Shown here: positions 1 through 10,800 of the stretch, in pieces
Layout: every line of letters starts with the position of its first letter
Position numbering within the stretch: the first letter of the stretch is position 1
IMG/VR virus record: IMGVR_UViG_3300020042_005038
Coordinates: 1 to 27,824 of that record
DNA: 27,824 nt
From: a virus
Lineage: Duplodnaviria; Caudoviricetes
Reading direction: 5' to 3' (one strand)
Translations under genes and position numbers: made by a program
The notes under the pieces: model-generated
What the model was told of the DNA's origin: nothing
The model's input: only the letters and a program-made list of their open reading frames with translations
The model's database searches: none

Positions 1-246
1 TACGACCAACAGCAACTGTCTCAGTTAATCGGGGTTTTACGGCTTTACTTCACCCAGTTAGACTCCAACGTGCCTTTACAGGCAGACGGGATCAGGCTAT
101 TAAATCTACCAACATCAGGGTACAATTTGCCAAACGGCACTGTATTTCAGGTTGGCGAAGACTTACGGATTGTTGTACCCAACATTTCTTATTTATTTGG
201 AGTATCAGCCACAGCTAATGTGGGAACGGTAACGGTAACGGTATGA
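1..246 (+). CDS. 3' part of a phage virion-module protein, truncated at the window edge
   Basis: Frame 1 is open from base 1 (YDQQQLSQLIGVLRLYFTQLD...GTVTVTV) to TGA at 244-246, 19 nt before the next gene. Absent from the ORF track because no start codon is in the window. Confidence 0.75.
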   Translation, partial: YDQQQLSQLIGVLRLYFTQLDSNVPLQADGIRLLNLPTSGYNLPNGTVFQVGEDLRIVVPNISYLFGVSATANVGTVTVTV

Positions 247-265
247 ACTATTTTGCGAGGCGTTT

Positions 266-1978
266 ATGAGCTATGCTGCAGCACAACATTTAGCCTCTTA
301 TGGTCGTGGGGGTGATACCGAATTAGTCCACATGACTAAAGGTGAAATAAAAGGTCTCCAAGCTTTAGCTATGGCTCGTGGCGGTTCTCTTACTATTAAC
401 CCTGATACAGGTCTAGTAGAAGCGGGCTTCTTAAAAAGAATGCTCCCTATGATAGCAGGGGCAGCCCTTGCAGCTACTGGCGTAGGTGCACCAATGGCGG
501 CTTTACTGGTTGGCGGTGGCTATGGCTTGGCTACAGGCAGTGTTACCAAAGGTCTCTTGGCAGGTTTAAGTGCCTACGGTGGTGCTGGTCTAACTAGCAG
601 TCTAGGGAGTTTAGGTGGAGAAGCTTTAGCAACTCAAGGAGGTGATGCTGCTTTAAATGCGTTTAACGAAACTCAACGACAAGCAATTACATCAGGACTT
701 GAAAATCTTCCTGTTGGTAGTGGTGGTGTTGGTATACCTACAGAAACTGGGATGTATTTTCCTGGAGCAACCCCAGGAGCGCTTCCAGGGTCCTCAGGAG
801 CTGGTGTTGAAATAGGATCAGCAAGTGCACCTAGCGCAGCGGGAACTAATTATTATCAACAATCTGCTCAAAAGTTTTTAGAAAACCCCAATAATTTACC
901 AGGATTAAGCCCAACAACCTTACAAAATTACCAAGCTTCTTTAAATGCCCCTGGTGCCGTTCCTACTGATGTTATTAGTGCTGCTGGTAGAGCGCAAGGT
1001 GCTGCTGGTGCTACTGCAACAGGTAATGTAACTAAAGGAATTGGAGAAGTATTTAGTAGTCCAAGTGCTGCTGGAACTTTTGCTAAAGATAATGCACTTA
1101 CTATAGGTAGCGCTGTTTTACCTAGTTTAATGCCAGATCAACGTGCTGGTGCTGGACCTGCTGGATATCAAGAGGATGAATACGATAGACAATTAAAGGG
1201 TTACACACTAAATCCTAATTTTCAAGGATATCAAGCTCCGACACCTAATCCTTACTATAAAGCTACTTATGCAGCCGCAGGTGGCGTAATGAATTCTTCT
1301 TCTGATGACGAGTTAGGTGGTGATTACTCGGCTATGGGTATGAATCAGGGCAATATGCAAAAAGGTCTATTTGGTCTTGGATATGCGGCTGGTGGCGTTG
1401 CTCGGTATAGAAGTAAAGGCCAGGTTAATGTATTACAAGAATATTTGGATAGACAAGGAAAGCAACAAATAGAACATTTACCAGAAGGCGTTAGCATTCC
1501 CCGCACTGGTATTTTTAGAGATCCTGATGTAGATACAGCAAAAAAACCAGCTGACCAAGCTACATATATTAAATTAGGTAAGGCGTTTAAAGCTGCGGGT
1601 ATTAAGCCTGTGCCCCTTCCTAAAACTTCTATTAAAGGTTTAGGCGATATAAGCGGTATTTCTGAAGACACTACTGAAGCTGCTAAAGGTGGGGTAATGT
1701 CTCATTTAGGAGGATACTCTGATGGTGGCAGAATGCTTAAAGGACCTGGGGATGGTATGTCTGATTCTATTCCTGCTTCTATTGCTGGAAAACAGCCAGC
1801 ACGGTTGGCTGATGGAGAATTTGTTATCCCGGCTGATGTTGTTTCGCATTTAGGAAATGGCTCTACGGATGCTGGTGCTAAGAAACTATACGGCATGATG
1901 GATAGAATCCGCAAAGCTCGTACTGGTAAAAAGAAGCAGGCTCCTGCAGTTAAAACCGCTAGATATATGCCCGCATGA
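266..1978 (+). CDS. Probable internal virion/DNA-ejection protein, Gly/Ala-rich, 570 aa
   Basis: GAGG before ATG. N-terminal GRGGDTELVH...GGSLTINPDTGL motif, then a hydrophobic Gly/Ala stretch. The C-terminal GG..KGPGDGMSDSIPA...LADGEFVIPA resembles the motif at phage tape-measure/ejection protein C-termini. Confidence 0.65.
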   Translation: MSYAAAQHLASYGRGGDTELVHMTKGEIKGLQALAMARGGSLTINPDTGLVEAGFLKRMLPMIAGAALAATGVGAPMAALLVGGGYGLATGSVTKGLLAGLSAYGGAGLTSSLGSLGGEALATQGGDAALNAFNETQRQAITSGLENLPVGSGGVGIPTETGMYFPGATPGALPGSSGAGVEIGSASAPSAAGTNYYQQSAQKFLENPNNLPGLSPTTLQNYQASLNAPGAVPTDVISAAGRAQGAAGATATGNVTKGIGEVFSSPSAAGTFAKDNALTIGSAVLPSLMPDQRAGAGPAGYQEDEYDRQLKGYTLNPNFQGYQAPTPNPYYKATYAAAGGVMNSSSDDELGGDYSAMGMNQGNMQKGLFGLGYAAGGVARYRSKGQVNVLQEYLDRQGKQQIEHLPEGVSIPRTGIFRDPDVDTAKKPADQATYIKLGKAFKAAGIKPVPLPKTSIKGLGDISGISEDTTEAAKGGVMSHLGGYSDGGRMLKGPGDGMSDSIPASIAGKQPARLADGEFVIPADVVSHLGNGSTDAGAKKLYGMMDRIRKARTGKKKQAPAVKTARYMPA

Positions 1979-2388
1979 ATTTAACCATTCAACCAGTTAA
2001 CGTAACCCATTTTCACCAGACTTGGTCGTTGATTGAAGGATTTTTGGCAGAAGCCCTTAAATGGGGTGAAGATGACTATACGGTTGAGCAGGCTAAAGGA
2101 TATTTAGCTAAAGGCGATTGGTTACTAGTGGTTGCGGTAGATGAAGAAAATACGATTCATGGAGCATCAGCAATAAATTTTTTTAACATGCCAAATGACA
2201 GAGTGGCATTTGTTATAGCAATGGGTGGTAAATTAATAAGTAATCCAGATACATACAAGCAATTTTCTGATTTACTTAAGATGTATGGGGCTACTAAAAT
2301 ACAAGGTGCCGCTAGAGAAGCAATTGCAAGATTGTGGACACGGTATGGATTTAAGGAACGCTACAGAATTGTAGAGGCAAAATTATGA
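1975..2388 (+). CDS. GNAT-fold-like small virion-module protein, 137 aa
   Basis: ATGA overlaps with both neighbours. Size, alpha/beta pattern and C-terminal ARLWTRYGF resemble acetyltransferase-fold proteins found among podovirus internal-protein genes. Confidence 0.55.
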   Translation: MNLTIQPVNVTHFHQTWSLIEGFLAEALKWGEDDYTVEQAKGYLAKGDWLLVVAVDEENTIHGASAINFFNMPNDRVAFVIAMGGKLISNPDTYKQFSDLLKMYGATKIQGAAREAIARLWTRYGFKERYRIVEAKL

Positions 2389-4889
2389 CATATTATTCAA
2401 GACGGCAACTTGAGGCTCTTGGCGAGCCGTTAGGTGATTCAGTTACCCGCAAAGAAGGCGGGCGAATTGTCTATGGCGGCGGCGGTTCTGGTGGCGGTGG
2501 TGGTGGCACTCCTCCGCCTCAACAAAATACTTCCTACAACACTAATATCCCTGAGTATGCAAAGCCTTATGTAACAACTATGTTGGAAGCAACTCAGAAA
2601 CAACTGTTTAATATGGACGGTTCGGATATTACTGGATTTAGAGGATATAAACCCTATAGTACTGATGTAAACAACTACTTTGCTGGTTTTTCTCCTTTAC
2701 AACAACAAGCACAAACTAGTGTAAAAGGACTACAGACTCCTGGACAATTTGGCGATGCTACTACTTTAGCTGGCGCAGCTGGTTTAGGATCTTTAGGTGC
2801 AAGTCAACAATATGCAAGGAACGTAACTGATCCTTCAATGATGCAATCGTATATGTCGCCGTACCAACAAAATGTTACCGACATTGCCAAGATGAATGCT
2901 GTGCGTGAAGCGCAGATAGCACAAAATACTCAAAACCTTGGGGCGGCTCGTCAAGGGACTTATGGTGGGGCTAGGCAAACTCTTATGCAAGCCGAGCGTG
3001 AAAAGAACTTACTGTCTAATTTATCTAACATTCAAGCACAAGGTTCACAATCTGCATTTGATAGAGCGATGCAAGCGCAACAGTTTGGTTCTACTTTAGG
3101 TATACAAGGCTATGGACAAGCTGGACAAGCTGCTTCTACTTTAGGACAACTTGGTGGAGCACAACTCGGTGCTCAAAGAGATATTATTGGTTTACAAAAT
3201 CAAATGGGTGGGCAACAACAAGCGCTTGAGCAAGCTAAGATTAATCAAGCTATCCAAGACTATTCAACACAACAACAGTACCCACTGATGCAGTTGGGCA
3301 TGATGTCTAATATGTTGCGTGGTCTACCCATGCAAGCAACTACTACGCAAACGTATCAAGCAGCGCCCGCTCCCATTACGCAAGGTCTTGGTCTTTTGGC
3401 TGGTGCAGCTGGTGCTAGACAGGCTGGTTTGTTTGCAGAGGGGGGAACTATCAAAAGCTTAGCTTCTGGTGGTGTTGCAGGCTACGCTAATAGGGGAATG
3501 GTTCAGGCTAATCCTGATAGCTCAGTAGTTCGTGGTATCCGTCAAAAATTAATGATGATGGATGCTGACGAGTTAAATCGTGTTGCGCAAAGCAGTCCTA
3601 GCGAAGAAATTCGTGCCATGGCAATACAAATACTACAAGAGCAAAAGATTAGAGAGCAAGCTGAAGCACAAGCTCAACAGTCTATTGCCCAAGATCAACG
3701 TGGTCTACCTACCCCGGTTACGGAGCGAGTTGGTTTACCTGCCGCACCTGCTGGAGCAATGGATACACTAAATGCCGCCAGTGGCGGTATTGTGGCTTTT
3801 GCTGGAAAAGATGAGAGTTTAGTTGAAGCTCCTAATATGTCTTCAGAAGAATACGCAAAATACATAAGTGATGTTATGGGCAGCGATATTTCAATCCAAA
3901 GAAAAAGGGAAATTGCTCCAGGATTAGGGCAGGCTTTAAATCAACTTCTTAGAAAAGAAAATCCTGGTGCTTTTAATACATCACAAAGTAAAGGACTTGG
4001 TGCTACTAAAGAAGTTGCTTCTGTAAATACTCCAAATATGTTTTCAATAGACCCAGAAGAAGAAAAAAGACTTCGTCAACAATATATTGATATTTATAAA
4101 AGTCAACGTGAAGATGCGGGTGTAGGCGCACCCAAAGCTGGGTTAGCCGATATTCTTGCTCTAGAAAAAGCTGGGTTAGCTAAAGAAAGAGAGCAAGCTA
4201 GAGGGTATGACTTAATGCGCTTTGGAGCTCGTCTAGCTAGTCAAGCAGGTCCTACGTTATCCGCAGTAGCTAAAGCAGGAGAAGCAACGCTGCCTGGAAT
4301 AATTGAGTCTGAAAAAGAACTTAAAGGTCGTGAGCGTGAAATAAATAAAGGTATGGCTGAAATTAAAGAGGGTGAGCGCCTAATGAAAGTAGGTGATATT
4401 ACCGCTGGCAATGCCATGTTTGAAAAAGGTCAAGAGCGCATCAGTAAAGAAAGAGTTGCTGGTATGAAGTCTCCTGGCGAAATGCTAGCTTATGCAAATA
4501 ATTATTTAGCATCAAGAAGGGCTGCAGGGGATACACGGGACGAAAACATCATAAGAGAAGAAGGTATGAATGCTCTTCTGGGTCTTCGTGGTGCCGCTGT
4601 TAAACGTGCGGATACTGCGGCTGAAGTTGCAGCTGGTAATATTGGCAACAAGATAGTTGAAGCACATGCTGAAATTGACAAACGTTACCTTTTAAAAATA
4701 GAACTTGCTAAAAAAGAAGATAAACCAAGAATAGAAGCTGAACAAAAAGCAGAAAAAGAAAAAGCAGAAAAAATTATTAAGGGGGGTGGTACGTATGAAG
4801 CTCCTAAATTAGGCAACGTAGTAGAAAATACAAAGTCTACAAAATCTGCATCAAGTAAAGCAAACCCTGCTGATTTTGATACTAAATAA
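2385..4889 (+). CDS. Probable internal virion/DNA-ejection protein, 834 aa
   Basis: Short leader followed by a poly-Gly tract, a Gln/Gly/Ala-rich helical N-half (GTYGGARQ) and a charged coiled-coil C-half. Lies directly before the giant gene. Confidence 0.65.
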   Translation: MTYYSRRQLEALGEPLGDSVTRKEGGRIVYGGGGSGGGGGGTPPPQQNTSYNTNIPEYAKPYVTTMLEATQKQLFNMDGSDITGFRGYKPYSTDVNNYFAGFSPLQQQAQTSVKGLQTPGQFGDATTLAGAAGLGSLGASQQYARNVTDPSMMQSYMSPYQQNVTDIAKMNAVREAQIAQNTQNLGAARQGTYGGARQTLMQAEREKNLLSNLSNIQAQGSQSAFDRAMQAQQFGSTLGIQGYGQAGQAASTLGQLGGAQLGAQRDIIGLQNQMGGQQQALEQAKINQAIQDYSTQQQYPLMQLGMMSNMLRGLPMQATTTQTYQAAPAPITQGLGLLAGAAGARQAGLFAEGGTIKSLASGGVAGYANRGMVQANPDSSVVRGIRQKLMMMDADELNRVAQSSPSEEIRAMAIQILQEQKIREQAEAQAQQSIAQDQRGLPTPVTERVGLPAAPAGAMDTLNAASGGIVAFAGKDESLVEAPNMSSEEYAKYISDVMGSDISIQRKREIAPGLGQALNQLLRKENPGAFNTSQSKGLGATKEVASVNTPNMFSIDPEEEKRLRQQYIDIYKSQREDAGVGAPKAGLADILALEKAGLAKEREQARGYDLMRFGARLASQAGPTLSAVAKAGEATLPGIIESEKELKGREREINKGMAEIKEGERLMKVGDITAGNAMFEKGQERISKERVAGMKSPGEMLAYANNYLASRRAAGDTRDENIIREEGMNALLGLRGAAVKRADTAAEVAAGNIGNKIVEAHAEIDKRYLLKIELAKKEDKPRIEAEQKAEKEKAEKIIKGGGTYEAPKLGNVVENTKSTKSASSKANPADFDTK

Positions 4890-7800
4890 TGGCATACGAT
4901 ATTGAAAGTGCAAGGAAAGCAGGTCTTAGCGATGCTGAGATCAACAATTATCTTGCCTCAAAATATAAGTACAACTTAGCGGGAGCTAGGGAAGCGGGTG
5001 CTCCTGACACCGACATATTAACTCATCTGCTTGCAAAAGATAAACCTGTAGTTAAAACAACGCCAACAACAGAAGTTGCTCCTATAAGCAGTCCTGAAGA
5101 AATAACTTCGCAAGCTGAAACTTCTAGAGGTGCTTTTGCAGCACAACCAGGTGCAGGTTTAACTGAACAGCAAAAACGTCAGTTAGCAGAAGCAACTGCA
5201 AAGTACGAAAAAGAAGTGCCTTTTTTACAAAGACAGACTGATCCAATAAAAGCAGGGGTTAAAGGCTTATCAACTGTTGTTCCAAACTTAGAAATTACTA
5301 GTCTTCAAAAAGAAATTAATGCAATACAAGAAGGCAAAGTTGGTCCACGGGATCCAGTAACTGGAGAAATGACGCCTCTTCAACCAGAAGAAGCTGAAGC
5401 CGCAATTAAATCATTGCAGGCACGGCAAGCAGAAGCACAAAAGAAAGTAATGGGTGTTCAAGCAGAAGTTAGTCAAATTAGAAAAAGACCAGCCGTTGAA
5501 TTATTAAATGATGTAACAACTGCACGACAAGCATTCCAAGCATTTCAAGCCGATCCTCTTGGTATTATGGCTAGTGTATCTTTAGAAAGTTTGCCACAAG
5601 TTGCCCCTGCTCTTGTACTAGGTGCTGTAACACGTAATCCTACTGTTGGTGCATTGGCTATGGGTAGCACTAGCTTTGCTAGTGAATTGTCTTCTGGAGT
5701 TATGGAGTATTTTCAAGATAACGGAGTTGATACTAGAGACCCCGTAGCAGTAAATAAAGCTCTTAATGACCCTGTGTTATTTGCTAAAGCGTACGGGCAT
5801 GCATTAACCCGCGGTTCTATTATTGCAGTAGCAGATACGGCAGCTGCTGGGTTAGCTAGTAAGATGTTAGTGCCTAAACAATTAATAAAAAATCAATTAG
5901 CAAAAGAAGCGGTTAATATTGGTGTAGCTCAACCTACTGCACAAATAATAAGCGGTGGTGGCGGAGAAATACTTGCTCAGCTTGCTACTGAAGGTGAGGT
6001 TAAAAAACCTGGTCGAGCAGTTTTAGAAGCTGCTGGTGAAGGTCCAACTAGTTTATTAGAGACAGCAGCATTTGGCGGGCAACAAGCCTACGAACGTCTA
6101 CCCTCTACGATTGCTAAAAAAGAAGCAGAAGCTAAAGCTGTTGAAGATCAAAAGAAAATTCTTGATAAACTTACTGCTCCTGGCGCTTTAGAAAATTTAG
6201 GTCAACAATTTAACGATACTGTTGAAGGATTAAAAACTTCAATCAATCCTAAAACAACAAAAAAAGATGGGTCAGGTGGACGTTTTTATACTGAACAAGA
6301 AGCCTATGAAGCTGCAGGTAATCTTATATTGCAAGGAGGACTATTAGATGGAACTGAATCAACTATCGGTGGAACAGATCAATCAGGCGTTTCTGTGCCT
6401 GGCAAACCAATCGAAACCAACACCGGAGCTATTGACACTACCGGAGGAGACCTGGCAGCAACTGACACGACTACTACTACTGTTGGAGGCGGAGAAGGAA
6501 CTGAACTCAATACACTAGTTGCAAATCTAAAAGCTAAGTATCCTCAGTTAACAGATGAACAAGCATTAGCAAATGCTGAAGAAAGCCTACGTCAAAAGCA
6601 AATTGCTGCTCAGCAACAAGCTGCTGGTGCTGGTATACCTACTCCAACAAGCGCATTAACTGCTGCGCAAGAACAAAGAAGAACTGAATTAAAAAGCATC
6701 CTTGAGAATGAAGACTTAGGAGATAAATATACCCGTGAGCAGGGTCTTGCTTTAGTAGATGAGTTAATAGCACTAGAAAATATAGCCGAAGGCACAACCC
6801 CACCATCTATTGATACTACTGATACTACAAAAGATAAAAAACCTTCAGTTACTACAGGCAAATCTCGTGGTAGACCAATCGTTAAAAAAACTTCAGAACA
6901 AATAGCCGCTGATGCTGCGTATAAAAAACAACGCCAAGATATTGGTCGTAACGCTAGTAATGATATTAATAGGGCAGAAAAAGTTTTAACCCAAGAGGTA
7001 AATACAGAGCAAATTATTAATAATGCTGCTAACGAACAAGACGCAATATCTCAGTTATCCCAATTAAAACTGCAGCGCATAGGCGCACTTGAGACGGCAT
7101 ATCGTTTATCTGTTGATCCTGACCAAAAAAATAAAACTGCAGGTAAAAAAGCTAGTACGTTACTAAAAACAGCTGACCCCAAAGAACTTGAAACTGCTAA
7201 ACAAATATACGAGTCTAAGAAAAAAATAGGCGCACCTAGCCGTGCCGAAATTAGTGAATCCACTAACGGACAGGATAACACCGTCTTTGAAAAGTACAAC
7301 AACGCACGAAGCGCAGTAAATTGGATTGCTAACAACGGCAACCCTTTTGAAAAAATACTAGCTAGACGGTTACTTCCTTTTCTTAACGGAGTTAAGTTTG
7401 TTGTAGTAGATAGTGCAGACGATATGCCCACTGCATTCCTACGAGACAAGATGATGGGAGCAGCAGGTTTATATGTACCTGACAGAAAGACTATTTATGT
7501 AATGCGTAGCGGCGGTATTAACAATACTGTTGTGTTACACGAAGCCTTGCATGCTGCAACCGTTGCTCGTATTGATGCCTATTTAGAACTAAGAGAAGCG
7601 GGTAAACCTATCCCTGATTCTTTAGAGCGCCCCGTAGCAGAGCTTATGGCTTTGATGATACGGGCAAAAGATAACTTTGATTTGCTTTTTTCTCAGTCTT
7701 TAGAGTCTGGAGACTTAGGGTTACTTACTACTGAGATGTTAGAAATACCTAATGACGCCTTTACTGACGTTAAAGAGTTTGTAGCTTATGGTATGTCTTT

Positions 7801-10800
7801 ACCTGCCATGCAAGAGTTCCTTCTTCTTTCTCCAGGCAAACTTGCAGGTGCTCCTTCTAACTTTGTTGATAGGCTGTTTAATAAATTTGTACAAAGTATA
7901 CGTCAACTGTTTAGTATGGACGAGAAGCATACTTCTGCTCTCCAAGATTTAATTATTGTTACAAACAAATTGCTAGCTGCACCCCTACTAAAAGTTGCAC
8001 CTAGCGAACCTGTAGCAGCCAAAGCAAAACAACCTGCACCACCTAAAACACCTAAGCCACCTAAAGCTCCTAAACAATCAAAAACAGTAGAAAATATCCT
8101 TAGAGCAATTAGGCTATCAAAAACTGGTACCGAATTAAATAGGTCTATTGGTGAATTAATGTTGCAAACAAGAAATGCTAATGATGCCGTTCGGTTAATA
8201 AAAGCTGTTTTTAATTCTATAAATGTAAATAGACTACGTTTAGCAATGTTTATTTTTGATACAAATGATATTACTCGTATGGCAGGGAATCAAATTAATA
8301 ATATAAAAGTTATTAACAATGCTGTAGAAAGTATGGCTGGTATGCGTACTCGCATGATTCGTGAAATGGCAGAAAATGTAGAACCGTGGACTCACTTTAA
8401 TGCAAAATATAAAGAAGGCGGTGAAATTTTAAGTGATTTAATAAATGCTACTACGCTGTTGGAAGTTGATCCTACTAAACATCCTGACTTAGCAACTGCA
8501 TTAAAAAATGATTTAAAACTACAACAATTAGAAAAAAATATTCTTAACCCACCTATAGATCCAAAAACAAACAAACCTAAAAATGTGTCTGCGCTTAAAA
8601 AAGATAGAACAATACGTATTGACAGAATTACAGTAATTTATGAGGGTGGCGTTTATAACAATCCTGTTACTGGTGAAAAAAATAACATGGGCGGGTGGAA
8701 TAAGTTAGGTAAAATTGGTAAAGGAGAAGGACATGCCATATACAAAATGGCAAAAGACAGTTATCAAGAAACATTTAATTTGCATGAACAATTATTAAAA
8801 GAAAAAATTGCGGCTTCTAACGTACCTGGAAATATTAATGATGCGTCTACTCCAAAAGGTAAATTAATTGCGGCAATTACTAAAACTTTTCAAGAAGCTA
8901 AAACACTTGAGGTTTATTTTCCATTAATGCGTTATGGTAATTTTTGGTATAGCGTAGGTAAAGGCAAAAGTGGTGAGTTTTATATGTTTGAAAGTTCTAC
9001 TGCTCGCAATAACGCTATTGATAAACGTGTTGAAGAACTTAACAAAGCTGGAGATAAACGCACCAGAGATAAAATGATTGAGGATGGTGATATAGATCTT
9101 GGTGATGACATTCGCAAACTAAGAGAAAAGCATATTGAATCTAGCGATATGCTTAAAGAAATTTTTGCAATGCTAGATAAAAACAAAACAAATGATATTG
9201 ATGCTGTTAAAGATAACATTTATCAGATGTATTTAATGACCTTACCAGATAAAGACATCCGTCGTAAATTTGTACACCGTCAAGGCAAAACTGGTTTTAG
9301 TGCCGATACACTTCGCAATTTTATTGTTAGTCAACACACTGCTGCTAATCAATTAGCACGATTAAAATATGCGGATCAAATTCGTAATGGTATAGCTGCT
9401 GCTTATGCAGAAATATCTCAAAATCCAAATAAATTAAAATTAGCAGTATTAATTAAAGAAATTAGTGAAAGAGCACTTGCAGAAATTACGCCTAGTGTTC
9501 CAGAGGGGGGTATTAATTGGGATCAAGCTGCTGTAGTGGGTAATAAATTTGTATTCTATTGGTTACTAACTTCCCCCAAATCTGCGTTAATACAAATGAC
9601 ACAGTTAGCTACAGTTGGATTACCAACACTAGGAGCTCAATATGGCATGGCTAAAACTTTAGCAACTGCTTTTAAATACTCAGCGCTTTGGAATAAACTT
9701 GGCGTTTCTAAAACAGATAAAAATGGCAACATAATTACTGAATGGGGTCAACCTTCAATTAACGATTCTAATTATATTGCTAAACATCCTAATTTAGCAT
9801 ATAGAAAAGTATTAAAAGATGCATGGAATTTTGCTAATGACAAAGATCTTTTTATGTCTACTTATGCGTCAGATATGACTTCTATGTCTGAAGTTCCAAG
9901 CGGCACATATCATAACATTGTTAGCAGAGCTACCAGAGGAACATTTAATTTAATTGGTGGTGCGTTCCATCATGCTGAGCGTATTTCTCGTGAAATTATG
10001 TTTATGTCTAGCTTTGAATTAGCTTATGCAGATAACAAGAAAAAAGGTATGGATGACAAAACTGCATTTGATGCAGCTACTAAAAAAGCAACAAGTTTAA
10101 CTACTGATTCTTTATTTGACTATACAAATTACAATAAACCTCCAATAACAAAAACTGCTGGTGGACGAATAGCATTTCAGTTTTTGACTTACCCATTACA
10201 AATGACATCGTATTTAGTACGTAACTTCTACGGCATGCTACCGCTTTTGAATAAAGAAGAAAAAAAAGAAGCGGCTATTAAGTTTTTTGGAACTATGGCA
10301 ATGACTGGTTTATTTGCTGGCGTTACAGGGCTTCCACTATATAGTTTTATTATGGGCGTAATAGACGGTATGCGTGAATTGTTACGAGATGAAGACGAAG
10401 AAGATTACGAAAAAGATGATGAAGGTAATCCTCTTGGCAGACGCAGCACAGATTTATGGGTTAGAAACTGGTTTATTCCTAATTTTTTTGGCCCCGAAAG
10501 TAGTTTGGCACAATTTTTAGGTTTAAGCGAAGAAAACGCAAAAACATTAGCACGTGCATTTGAAATGGGTGTTATACCTGCATATACAGATTTAAACGTT
10601 GCTCCTTCTATTTCTTTAGATGGTATGTGGTTTAGAAGTGACAAACCTGCAGAAACATCTCGTGAAGCATTTGAACAATTTTTGTTAGGTCTTGGAGGAC
10701 CTCTTGTTGGTTTAGGAGGAAATATATTTGCATCAATAGACGATTTTGAAAACGGACAATTTATTAGAGGGTTTGAAAAAATTTCTCCTGCATTTCTTAA

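Noticed and set aside
224-243. Short (ACGGTA)x3 tandem repeat
   Set aside because: It encodes the TVTVTV C-terminus and shows no sign of a separate function.
637-656. Other internal SD-ATG pairs in the virion genes (AGGAGGTGATG here; AGGAG..ATG near 9631)
   Set aside because: The out-of-frame ORFs stop within 3-6 codons.
7529-7552. VVLHExLH shared by the giant protein and the VWA protein
   Set aside because: Codons differ and flanks are unrelated, so this is a generic zincin motif and not a duplication.
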